This document shows positions 1-12,218 of a stretch of 64,000 bases of DNA, piece by piece. The number at the start of each line of letters is the position of its first letter. Position 1 is the first letter of the stretch. The notes under the pieces were generated by a model. The model was not told the DNA's origin. It was given only the letters and a program-made list of their open reading frames with translations, and ran no database searches. The DNA lies in NCBI RefSeq assembly GCF_009914755.1, contig NC_060931.1; one strand, 5' to 3'. The DNA comes from the human T2T-CHM13v2.0 reference genome, Homo sapiens. The translations under genes were made by a program, and so were the position numbers.

Positions 1-406
1 TTCCTTTTCTCCTGTGTGCTTTAATTCTAGTTACAGGAAACATGCATATGAAAAAGGCACGGAAGGGAATGTATGTTTCCTTTTTTGTCAGAAAATAAAA
101 TGACACGTTTCCATTTTTGGAGAAGTTAAAACAGATTTTATCTCCTGCCACCATTCTTGCCTTACGGACAAGAGGAGGACAGGGCCTCCAAGCAAATGAG
201 CACATTAGTGAGTTAAAAGAAATATTTATAAATCTAGAGCATAGTCTTTGGCCTAGAAAGACGGTACTAAAGCAGACAGAAGCCTTTTCAGGAACACAAA
301 TAAGTATTAAAAAAAAAAAAAAAAAGCAAAAAAACACCTTTTTTGTTCCCTTTAAACCAGAATGACTCTTAACCTGGTCAACAAGCACATTGCAAATGTC
401 TTGTTC

Positions 407-418
407 CCACTAGGTGGC
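407..418 (+). promoter_or_regulatory. Candidate CTCF core motif CCACTAGGTGGC
   Basis: Matches CCASYAGRKGGC; motif evidence only. Confidence 0.3.
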
Positions 419-3400
419 CACAGGTCACTGGGCGAGCGGGTCTTTGTGGGCAGAGGCAGGAGCGGAGGCTGCGGAGGACGCTCCAAGCCCATCTTCCGTG
501 GCTCAGCCCAGGGGCTCCCGCGGCTCCAGGGCAGCGCCAGGCATGGCTTCTCCCCGAAGGCACAGAAGGCTCCGAAGTTGCCACCTCTTGCCTGAGTTGC
601 CGGAAATCCAAGGGTAGGTTTATATCAAATCAGCAGACAAACTTGACTTCTGGGTAAAGGCTAAAATGAATCAACGGAGAACTGACGAGACTGTTTCCCC
701 ACTGACGGGTCTGTAAGAGTTGGGGGCTGCCCGCCGCCTGGTCAGTCACGCTATGCAGCTCTTAGGTTGAATCCTGGGCTGCCCTGGCTACCAGGATGCC
801 TCAGGGAGGGGAGGAAGCAGGAGGAGCGGCGTGGGGCGACTCCTCCCAACAGGGGGAGCAGCGTGGAGCAAATCTTCCTGATGGGGGAGCGGCGTGGGGC
901 AAATCTTCCTGCCAAGCGTGCGAGCTGCTTGTCCCCACCTGGGCGAGCCACCTCTTCCTACCAGGGGTGCCCATGAGGTCCTTCCTAAAAGTAAGACTCA
1001 GCAGGGAGGGTTCCAAGGCCTGTGGCCAGCAGGTGAATCACACAGGAGCTTCCTCTACCATGTGAGGCTCTGGGGGTCCTTGTCTGGGTGACGGTGTCAG
1101 AGTGGACTGTTGGCCACCAGCAACGGGGCTGCCTGGGACGGCCAGGGGCAGAGCTGCTCCCATGTGGCACCCTACCCCGAGTCCTGGGTGTCTGGGCTCA
1201 CACCCATCTCTGGCCTACCCCAAGTCCTGGGTGTCTGGGCTCATACCCGTCTCTGGGTGTCATTCCAGCAGCACCTTCTCCTCCTTTCAGGATGGCCCTG
1301 TTCAGTCAGGGTCCTGCCCTCTCCCACTGCACGGGGAGGTGCTAGAGAAGGGAGGGGGCCTGTGGGCACTGCCACTCACCCCTCCAACAGGCAGGGAGAC
1401 AGGCACCTGCCCCAGGGATGCTGCAGCCCAGCACCCCTCCGGCAGCCTCGCCTGGCTCCAGCAAGAGCGGAATGTTCACAGGCCTGTCCACCGTCACCTC
1501 CTAACAGGTCCTGGAGAGGCCAGGCCACGCCAGTGCCATCACAGACTGTGCTCGGGAAGCTGAGGTGAGCCCCAGCCGGCCGTGAGCCCCAGCGCCCAGG
1601 CGCCTCCTCCCCTGTTGCAGCCCCACTGGGTCCCCAAGTCCCCACCCACGGCCAGTGTTTGTTTCTCCCTGAAAACCTGATTTGACTTCACTCAAAATCT
1701 CCACACCTGCTGCAAACGTCAGTTTGATAAACCTGACGCTGCCCTCCCGGCTGGGGGCAGGAATCTCTCTACCACCTGTGTGAGAAGAGGCCGAGCCTCA
1801 GAGTCCCAGGCCAAAACCCTGTTAGAGCAGCTTAGACACAGCACCAAGACCCCCCTAGACCCAGAGTGAGCCTAAAATGAAAAGCAAGTGAAAGCCTCGG
1901 ACCGTGCAGCTGCTCGCCAGAACGTCTCAGGAAAACTGGCTGCGGCCTTTCCTGTGGAATCCAACCGAGATGGCCTCAGCCTGTCTCCCTTTCCTCGTCC
2001 TCAGTGCTCCTCACAGACCCCAAGACCCACAGGGCCTGCGTCACATGCACAGAAGCCAGGTCCTCTCCTACGGCCATTTTTGGGATCCCAAGAAAGCCCC
2101 CAGTGTCCCCTCACTGCTGTGCAGCTTACACCCCAAGTTCATTGCTCAGGGCCCGCTCTCTTTCATCAACAATTCTCCCCCTGCATCCTCTTGAAAACGC
2201 GGCCGCACCCGGCGGGGCACCATGCCAGACCACGGCCCTCTGCACAGCAGCAAGCCCACCACAGCGTGTGGACCGTGAGACCTGCCACCGTGACTTCTCC
2301 CCAAAAGGGCCTGAGCTGGGCTTAACCAGGAGGGCTGGGGAGAGCTGGATGCCCTTCACCCTCGCTGGGCAAGAGCCTCCTCCCAGGCATGTCCCAGCCT
2401 CAGGGCTTTGTCTCCAGAGGGGGCAGGCCCTGGGTGACACAGCCCCTCAGCCCCACTGCCCTGTCCCCGAGGCTGGCCAGCCCTTCCTTATCTGCACAGC
2501 CTGAAGCCTTGTGTGGCTGACTCGGCCCTGAGCTTGTTCTCACCACCAAAGGAAGAGCCAAGCGCCCCCACCTGCTCACCTCTGCCCTGACTGTCCTCAC
2601 CCTGGATCCCTTCCCTAATTAAATCCCCCCGTCTGCAACCCAGGCAGGGAGTTTCCACCACACTCTACACTGCACAGCAGCCTCCATCGCAGGTGGTGCC
2701 GTCCCTGAGTGCAGGCGCCAGAAACCCCAAGGAGGCTCCTTGGCAGAGCCTGAGCCGGACCAGTGACCCCGCGGCCTCTCGGGAACAGGTCAGAGGCTCT
2801 GGAGGGCCTTCAGGTTCGTCTGGCCCTAATCTCCACCCACCCCTCGCCTCTGCCCCAGCCCATAACGGGGCCGTCCTCCAACAATGAGTGGGCAAAGGTG
2901 CAGGGCTGAACGCAGACAGCCGCCTGCTGCTCATCAAGGGAACAGCTTCCTGCCGCATCTTGGGGTCTATGCTGCCTGGTGGGGCCAGGAGACCCTGAGA
3001 GGGCGCTCTGCCCCAAGTCAGCCTGTCCCTCCTTTGCCCCAGATGGCTCCTGCTCCCACCTCCTCCTGTCCCCGTGAGCCACAGAGCAGCAGACGCATCA
3101 TCAGTGGACACTGGCAAGACCATGTCAGTGCTCAGAAGCCTCCGGGTCAGCCCTCAGACCACCCCATGTGAGAAGGTAAACCCCGGCGCCCAGGTGAGCC
3201 CTCGGACCACCGCATGTGAGAAGCCAGGACACTCAGCATGAGCAGGTAAACCCGGGCGCCCAGGTGAGCCTTCGGACCACCCCACGTGAGAACTCAGGAC
3301 ACGTGAGAACCCAGGACACTCAGCGTGGGCAGGTAAACCCTGGTGCCCCAGCACCCCAGGCTCCTGCCCCACCCAGCCCACCAACACACAGTTGCCCAAA

Positions 3401-6400
3401 GTCCGGATTCCCAGCTCGCCCCAGGTCTTCCTGGGCACATTCTGTCCTTGCAAACCACTTAGAGGTTGAGGGACTGTTTATGGGGTGGGTGTGTGCCTGA
3501 ATGTGTGAGAGACAGAGAAAAATTACCCCCAATCTATAAGCTATAGGTAAGAAAAAGTACATTTTAATTTTACATTAAATTGAATACTTTCAACTATATT
3601 TTAATGTGGAAATTCCCAGGCCAGTATGAGGTGTTGCTGTGGTCGGACCACGCTGGGCCCACTCACGATGGAGTCTGTCGTGAGAGCTGGAGCCCCACCC
3701 AAGCCACAGCTGCCCCCGGCAGGCAGGCCCCACCCAGGCTCTGCAATGGACACACGGAGACCCACCCGAGCCACAGCCACCCCCAGCGGGCAGACCCCAC
3801 CCGGACTCTGCCTGGGCCACAGCCGCCCCCGGCGGGCAGACCCCACCTGGACCCTGCCTGGGCTGCCATGGACACACGGAGCAGCTTGAAAATCCAATGG
3901 TCCCTGGTGTAATTTCCTCAGAGATTACTTGGTTGATGAGAAAAGCAGTAAGTTTTGTTGTTTGGTTTCATCTATCTGGATTTTTGGTGAGAATTCTCCA
4001 CTGCTCCCTGTCTGGGGAGAAGCCCAGCCCCATGGCAGCCCCAGCCTCTGTCCACCATCAGGCACGCTGGGCTGTCACACAGCCACCTGTCCAGGGCACC
4101 CATGACATCCGGAACCCACCTCAAATCTGGCTTCTGTGGACTGAAGGCGGCCGGCCTGCAGCCTCCTAGCTCCTGTTCCCACGGCCTCACGGCATCCGTC
4201 ACTTTCGAGGGTCATCACAATATGACCAGAAGCCCACGGGTGGCTTTGAAAGAGATGAAGGCGGTGACATACGTGCCCAGTAAGGACGCAGCTAGGATGC
4301 CAGGTGGGGCAGGCCAACAGCAGCTCCAGGCAGGACCAGGATGGCCTCTGATTGTCAAACAGATTTAAAATTTTTGCTCTGAAACACTGAAACATTCCTT
4401 CCCAAGCAAGGACAGAGCCATGAATCCACAGCCAATCTGGAGTTCCTCTCTGGGCCTGGGCAGCCTCTCCTAGCTCCCCAGACAACACTCGGTGCCTCCC
4501 TGCAGCCTCCACCGTTAAGCAAAAGCGTGGATGTATGAATTCCAATTTAGGTTTTAGCTAATGCTTGCATTCCAGCCATTAATTGCCTTGAGCTAAATAC
4601 CTAATTGGCTGTATAAATTCCCCAAATGGAATTCTTTGGCACCAAAAAAAAAGAGGAAGGCAGCTAATAACCACTACAGAGCACAAGACCCGTCTCCATA
4701 ATTAGGCCCTGACGGACTCAGGCCAGGGCGGCACCACCTGCCCAGCTGGGCAGCCCAGAAGCAGCAGGGCCCCAGGGAGCCCGGTGGCTCAGCCACACAT
4801 GCTGCCCACGCGGCCCGATAAGGCCGACCCGCCCAGCTTGCTCCCGCTGCCAGAGCCTCTTCCCCACCTCTCCAGGAAACAAAGCCACCTGCACGGGTAC
4901 CCGGCCTGCCTTGCGTCCTGCCAGGCCCCTGGAAAGCAAACATCCCTCCAAGGCCTGGGCCAGTGGTGGGCTGCGTCAAGCTGTTAGCCAAGCGGGCAGT
5001 GAAGACGAAGGCTGCCCCGTAGCCAGGGAGCTGACCTCTCTGCGCAGGTGCCGGGGTACGAGCACCAGCAGAGCCGAGAGCGGGGGCAGTGCTGAAGCCC
5101 CTGCTGCCATCCACAAAGGGGCCTCAGAGGGTTGGAAATGACAAGCCACGGTCTTGCCCCACCCCGGCTCCTGGCCATGCTACCCAGCCACACGGCACAG
5201 GGCAAATGCCAGCAGGACACAGGCCCTCAGCCCGGCATCATCGTCAGCCCGAGGATGCTGGGCCAGGCCAGGTGCCGACTCAGCAGGGCAGCAAGAGGGC
5301 CTCACTGCTGAGGGTGAAGCCAAGCCCAGCATGGCGTGCCCCACTCCAGCCACTCCACCGCCAGGGCTGCTTTCTGGGACCACTCCCAGGATGAATCTCA
5401 CAGGGAAGGCCACAGGCCAGGTCGGCAACAACATGCCCCCAGCAGAGTGGCCCAGACACAGGAGCAGGCTGGGTGTCTGAGAATCATCCTTAGAACACAG
5501 AGAGAAGTGGACTTGGAAGGATATAAATCAGAACGGTAACATTATTTTAGTATTTATTATACATTTTCTAAATGTTTCATAATAGCCATGTATTGCTTCT
5601 TAATTAGAGAAAATAGTAAGTTAGCATGAAAACCCCCCAAAAAGAGAAGAGATCTGGGGAGGAGGAGGGAGGTTGGTTTCCACACTGCTTTCATCAGGCC
5701 AGAGGCAAACAGAAGTCTCCGCAGACCCAGGTCTGGGCAGCGCTGCAGTGCAGGAGGGTGGGGTGGGGAGGGGGTCCCCTCCAGAGGAGCTGAGTCTTCA
5801 CTGGCGCCTGATGCTGAATTTGAGGCCCCCAGGGGAGCCCCTCAGCGGGAGGGCCGTAGCATGAGGGGCTCCTCCTGCAGCTCCCACTCCTGGGCCAAGG
5901 GCATGGGGCAGTCCCACCTTAAGGTCAGAGCTGAACTGACAAGTGTTCCCCGGGGCTCCCAGGGCAGGCCCCAGTGAGAGTTCCCCTGGCACTGCTGCTG
6001 GGGGCATTTCCAGCCTAAGACGGGTTCAAGGCAACCCCACTCCAGTCCAGCCACTAGAACGAGACTGGACTGTCCAGGTGCTCCAGCCCCACCAGCGTTT
6101 CCAATGGTCAGGAGCAACGGCGTTGGGTGGTTAGGAGACCAGTGGGATGCCACATATCTGTGGGGATGAGGGGCACGGCACTTTGCACTTTGTGTCACTG
6201 TGGTGTCCAAGATGGAATTAAGGTGACACCCCCGCCTCCTCTCAACAGATGTTCAGGACATGAAGGGCCGTGACAGGCAGCACGTGCCCACTCAGCTGGA
6301 TTCCAGGTTCCTTTGTGGGACTCGGCACCACCTGTGGACAACAGGGTGTGTTTAGGGTCCAGGGACTTTCACACCAGAGGAAAAGTAATCCTGACTTCTC

Positions 6401-6717
6401 TTCCCTCCCAGTGAACACTGAAAACAATCAAACGTCAAAGTCCGTTTTCTCCCAGGTCATGCGTGGGGTAGGGATGGTGTCTCCAATGACAGATACCAAA
6501 ACCAACAATTCCAGGTACATGTCAATCCCACAACTCAAGCTCAAGAAGCTTCCAGAGGAAGCAAGGGCTGGCCCAAGGGCAGGTGAGGGTGGTCGGCCCA
6601 CAGGGCCCTCCCGGAGCAGCAGCAGATACAATCATGCTATAGTTCAGTTTGCTCGAAGAGTGGAGTGTCAGCCTTGGCTCAGGAGTCACCAAGAGAGGAC
6701 GATGCACAGATTCCCAC

Positions 6718-6866
6718 AACAGCAAGACACACAGCGCAGTCTGAGTCCAAACAAACACCAATAGGCAGAAGCAAGACACACAGCGCGGGCCGAGTCCAAA
6801 CAAACACCAACAGGCAGAAGCAAGACACATAGCGCGGGCCGAGACCAAACACCAACAGGCAGAAGT
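6718..6866. repeat. About 48-bp tandem repeat x3
   Basis: agcaagacacacagcgc..gagtccaaacaaacaccaa.aggcaga. Confidence 0.8.
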
Positions 6867-7199
6867 GAACCCGTGAGGCTTAATTCATAGTCAGGAACAT
6901 TTGGAGGAGTTCAGCCCTTACTTCTTTGCCTTAGTGATTTCCAAACTCATGGATGCCACTTCAGTGTGGTAATGGAGCCAGGATGAGTGGAGAGCACGTC
7001 ACACATCAGTTTCCCGCAGCCCCTGCACTGGTGACCCTTAGTTCATTCACAATCGCATAATCCCTTGTGATTTTCCTGGCAAACAGGAACACTAAACCTC
7101 TTTTTCTTCCTAAAATATTTGGTTTACAAAGTTAAGCAAAGGCAAAGCTACAACACAAAACGTTGCTGTAGTACAGACGAATCCAAGGTGGCCACAGCA

Positions 7200-7590
7200 C
7201 AGATGAACCTGGTGAGGATGCCGTGGTGCCACAGACTGGGTGACTCACACAGAAACGTCCTCATGGTCTGGAGGCTGGAAGTCTGGGATGGGGGTGCCAG
7301 CACAGTCTGCTCTGGTGATGGCCTCCGCCTGGCTTCTCACCGCGTCCTTACATGGAGGAGAGAGGACTCTTCCTCTTCTTACGAGAGCACTGGTCCCTTC
7401 ACGGAAGCCCTGCCCTCAAGACCCCATCTAACCCAATCACCGCCCAAAGGCCACCTATCCCATCGTGGGAGCCCCACCCTCACGGGTGATCTAACTCAAT
7501 CACGGCCCAAAGGCCTCTCCTCCCAGCACCATCCCCTGGGGGTTTGGCCTTCTACACACTGAGTTCAATGAGACACATTCAGTCCATAAC
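7200..7590 (-). mobile_element. MaLR solo LTR (MLT1A-like)
   Basis: Reverse strand begins gttatggactgaatgtgtctc...ggaggagaggcctttggg, resembling the MLT1 5' end; plus strand has ctggaggctggaagtc. Confidence 0.75.
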
Positions 7591-7659
7591 CGCTGCCTCA
7601 GAGAATGTCTTCCCACACACAAGGACACATACACACACACTGGTGAAACACAACTGAGA

Positions 7660-9625
7660 TTCATTCTTGCTTTTTTTAACCTCATAGATATAATAGAGAA
7701 ATGCACACAAAAACGCATCGTATAGCAAACAATATTAAGTGAATATTCATCCAAACAGCACTCAAGAAATAGTCCCGCCAGCAGCTGGAACCCCCACCCC
7801 TGCTGCACCTTCATGGGGAGCCACCGCCGACTTGATGGAAGCTGTGCTCATGGCCGCGCCTGCCTCTGCACCAGATTCACGGGGCCTGTCGTCTTTCACA
7901 CCTTCCTTCTTTCACTCAGCTTCATGTCTGTGAGATGATCCGAGTCGCCCCGTCATGGCTAAATTCCACTGTTCCATTGTATGAAAATAAAATAATCTTC
8001 CTCTCCTCCACCACCAAAGTGCATGTGGGTCACGTCCAGCCTGGGGAGACTGTAAACGATGCCACCTACGCGCTTCCTTGCGCATCTCCCTGACCAGGCG
8101 TACGTGTGCTTCTGCTGCGTGGAGGGCAAGGAGCGAAACCTCAGCCGCAGCAAACACACCTCTCCACATTCCAGCACACCTGCCCACCTGCTGTCCAAGC
8201 CCCCGAGGAGCTCAGAGGTTGTGTATCACAGCCAGGTGCTTCCAGGAACTCCCCGCCCCACGTCGCAGCTGCACCTGGAGCTGGTGCTTCCGGTTTTTGC
8301 CCGTCTAGTAGGGGAGCTGCTGAATTTCATACGGCTTCCGTCTTCATCACTCCAATTTAATAATTAGGTTGAAGACCATTTTACGTATTTCTCAGTCATT
8401 TGAATTTTCTCCTTAGAACTTCTGAAATGTTTTGCAAATGTTTCCTTCGTTGCCTTGTTCTCAGTGATTTGTCAGGGTCCTCTCTGTTTTGAACGTGAGA
8501 TCTTTGTCGGTTACATGTCATTTACATGTGTTGAAAATATTGTCTCCCATTCTGTGGCTTGTCTTTTAATTAATTCTCTTTACGGTGTCTTTTTTACTAA
8601 GAGTTATTCTTGATTTTAATATAGTTGAAATTATCAGTAATTTCCTTTGCAATTAGCACTCTTTGTGTCCTGTCTCAAAACCTTCCTCTCCGCCCTAAAG
8701 TCATGAAACATTATATTCTCAGTTGAAAACCTTTATAGTCTTGCCTTTCACACCCATGAGCACAGGAGTTGGTGTCTCCGAAAGAAATTCGGTCCAGGTT
8801 CATCTTCTTCTAATATGGATTCCAGCTGTTCTCATCTTCCTTTTTTATTTCAAAATGTCTTGAGGTCCTTCTGTGTCAGCCCATCTACCTAACTCCGTCT
8901 TGAAGATGAACCACAACTTGAAGGGTGTTTAGAACGCTCGCGGTTTTTTCCTATGATAATGTTTCACAGAATCATTGCGCATTTGGTTCTTTACACCCAG
9001 GCCTGAACATCCATCACATAACTTCCCAGGAGTCAGGCTGGTGAGTTAAAGTTATGTGAATTTTAATTTCCTTAGATATTGGGCTGTCTTCCTTAAAAAA
9101 ATTAATTCCATCGCAAAATTATTAAAAATTCCCCCACGTTTTCTTCCAGTACTTGTAAAATTCCATTATATTTTTAAGTCTCTGTGCCATCTGGATTTTA
9201 TTTTGGGGTAAGGAGTTTGGGAGGGACCCAGCTATGTATTTTCCAAATGTCTGGCCAGTTGTCCCCAAATCATTACTGAATAATACATCTTTTCCCCACC
9301 GATTTAAAATGTCATCATTATCATATACCAAATACCCATACGCATTTGGGTCTATTTCTAGACTTTCTATTCTTTCCCTTCAATCTGCCCGTCTGTTCCC
9401 CACTCTGGCTTAAGTGTCCCATCACTGCAAAGCACTGAGTGTGCAAGACTCAACGCCCCACACACAACTTCTCTTTTTCATAACTTTTCTGTTTAGTCTC
9501 ATGTTTGTGTCTGAACCTGGACTTTAAAGCTAGTTCGTTTAATTTAAAAAAAAATTGTTAATATGCTGTTGTGATAACTTACATGTATAGGTTTATTCAG
9601 AGAGAATTCATATCCTTACAGAATT
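7660..9625 (-). mobile_element. Old L1M (L1MC/ME-type) fragments
   Basis: ccagttgtcccc...tcatataccaaat...gggtctatttctagactttctattct and tctcccattctgtggcttgtctttt are typical antisense L1 ORF2/3' sequence. Confidence 0.65.
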
Positions 9626-10308
9626 AAACCTTCTCACCCAGAAGCACTGTCTCCCCTGCCCAGCGGGTCCTCCCCATCTCCCAGTGGAGACCATGGACCT
9701 GCCGGGTTCACCGTCGCCAGGCTCCTCAAGGCCTTCCCCATTCTCCTTGGTTCACCCAGGAGCTCTGAGCACGCCACGCACCTGCCCCTGCAACCTTGTC
9801 CCGGGCGGCCTCCTGCCACCCCACCGATTTCCCCTCCCACTCACAGACTGTGGCATCTCAAGGTGACCTTGGGCTGGAGAGCCAGGATTCCAGCGGACAC
9901 CTCTGGGCTTGGGGGGCTCGATAAGACAGGTGGAGTGAGTGAGGTCAGGAGGGGATGAGGAGGGAGACACAAAGGAAAGGAAGTGACCAGAACCTTTGGG
10001 AAACACAAAGAAAAACTATGCAAGAAGAGAAAGTCCCAACACCACAGTTAGAAGTGGCACATTTGGGGCGGCTGTTGCAGGATGAAGCAGGAGCATCTCT
10101 TGGAACTGCACAAAGAGTCTTCTCCTCCAGAGTAACACGGGGTCTTACTCTGTTGCCCCGTGGCTCAGGGGCACAGAGGGCCCCACTCGGCTTGTCTGCA
10201 ATCAACGCTGGTACAGCTGCAACACAGGGAGCACCCCGAGGATCCACCCATCACTGCAGCTGCAGGGCTGGGCATGATGCTTTTAACTTGACAGTGTGAA
10301 AACTAAAT

Positions 10309-10460
10309 GTTGGCTAACACAGCCTGGACGTAGGGGAATTGAAAGAGGACAGTCCTCACCGTACGGTGCAGGGGGCACCACAGGGTTGGCTAACACAGCC
10401 TGGACGTAGGGGAATTGAAAGAGGACAGTCCTCACCCTACAGTGCAGGGGGCACCACAGG
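10309..10460. repeat. 76-bp tandem duplication
   Basis: gttggctaacacagcctggacgtaggggaattgaaagaggacagtcctcacc occurs twice. Confidence 0.9.
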
Positions 10461-10835
10461 GGCTACACAGAGGAGGACTGAGTCAACTCCTGATGAGATG
10501 GGGTGGAACCATATGGAAAAGCGGCAGCTGCCGCAGGACCTCAACGTGGGAGAGGCTACTGTTGCCCCTGGGTGTGGGGGGTGAGCTCAGGAAAGAGGGG
10601 CAGGATCTGTTGCTTCTTATTTTAAGCCCTATATTACTCGGCTTTTAAATGAACCATATATATGCATTACTGTCATACAAATTAACTGAGGAAAATTGAA
10701 AGCCTCATGTCTCCTAAGTACTAAGCATTCAACTGACATTTGTTGTGCACTGACCATGTGCAGGGAACCGACGGAGACACTTAGAAACTCAGCAAAGCAG
10801 ACAAGTCTCTTCCTATGAAACTCACATTCTAGGTG

Positions 10836-11752
10836 GGGACAGACAAGACACAATGCACACAATCACCGATGTCAGGACTGGGGACGGTTGCTATGGAGGA
10901 CAGACAAGACACAACGCACACAATCACCCATGTCAGGATTGGGGATGGTTGCTATGGAGGACAGACAAGACACAACGCACACAATCACCGATGTCAGGAT
11001 TGGGGATGGTTGCTATGGAGGACAGACAAGACACAACGCACACAATCACCGATGTCAGGATTGGGGATGGTTGCTATGGAGGACAGACAAGACACAACGC
11101 ACACAATCACCGATGTCAGGATTGGGGATGGTTGCTATGGAGGACAGACAAGACACAACGCACACAATCACCGATGTCAGGATTGGGGATGGTTGCTATG
11201 GAGGACAGACAAGACACAATGCACACAATCACTGATGTGAGGATTGGGGATGGTTGCTACAGAGGACAGACAAGACACAACGCACACAATCACTGATGTG
11301 AGGATTGGGGACAGTTGTTATGGAGGACAGACAAGACACAACACACACAATCACTGATGTGAGGATTGGGGACGGTTGCTACAGAGGACAGACAAGACAC
11401 AACACACACAATCACTGATGTGAGGATTGGGGACAGTTGTTATGGAGGACAGACAAGACACAACACACACAATCACTGATGTGAGGATTGGGGACGGTTG
11501 CTACAGAGGACAGACAAGATACAACACACACAATCACTGATGTGAGGACTGGGGACAGTTGTTATGGAGGACAGACAAGACACAACACACACAATCACTG
11601 ATGTGAGGATTGGGGACGGTTGCTACAGAGGACAGACAAGACACAACGCACACAATCACCAATGTCAGGATTGGGGACGGTTGCTATGGAGGACAGACAA
11701 GACACAACACACACAATCACTGATGTCAGGATTGGGGATGGTTGCTACAGAC
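10836..11752. repeat. 61-bp VNTR, about 15 copies
   Basis: Unit ggacagacaagacacaacgcacacaatcaccgatgtcaggattggggatggttgctatgga. Confidence 0.95.
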
Positions 11753-12218
11753 AAAGAAGAGATGAAGAGGGTGCAGGCTTGGGGGCAGGTTCAGTGACAG
11801 CAGAGTGGAGTGTGGATCATTGCAATGACGAGAGAGCCTCTTTTGGCCACTCTGTTGACCTCGAACATCCCCCCAAGCAGACTACACACTGTCAATGTGT
11901 TCAAAAACAGAGATGACGGCTGTTGCATGGAACAGACATACACAGCCTCAGCGACCCCCCGGGGGCCCCTCGAAATGTGTTTGTCAGGCTGCCTCCACGC
12001 AGCCCACAGGCATGGAGCAAACACACGCTCCACTTGCTTCATGATGCCAAGCACAGAACCCACTTCAGGAAAACCCAAGAAATGGCCCCCATGGACCCCC
12101 AATCCCACTACTTCCCACCCTAAAAACAAAATGAACAGAAACACCACACCTCCAGGCAGCCAGCACAGTAAGCTTTTCACTTAAGTTTTTATTATAGAAA
12201 TGTTCAAACATACACGAA

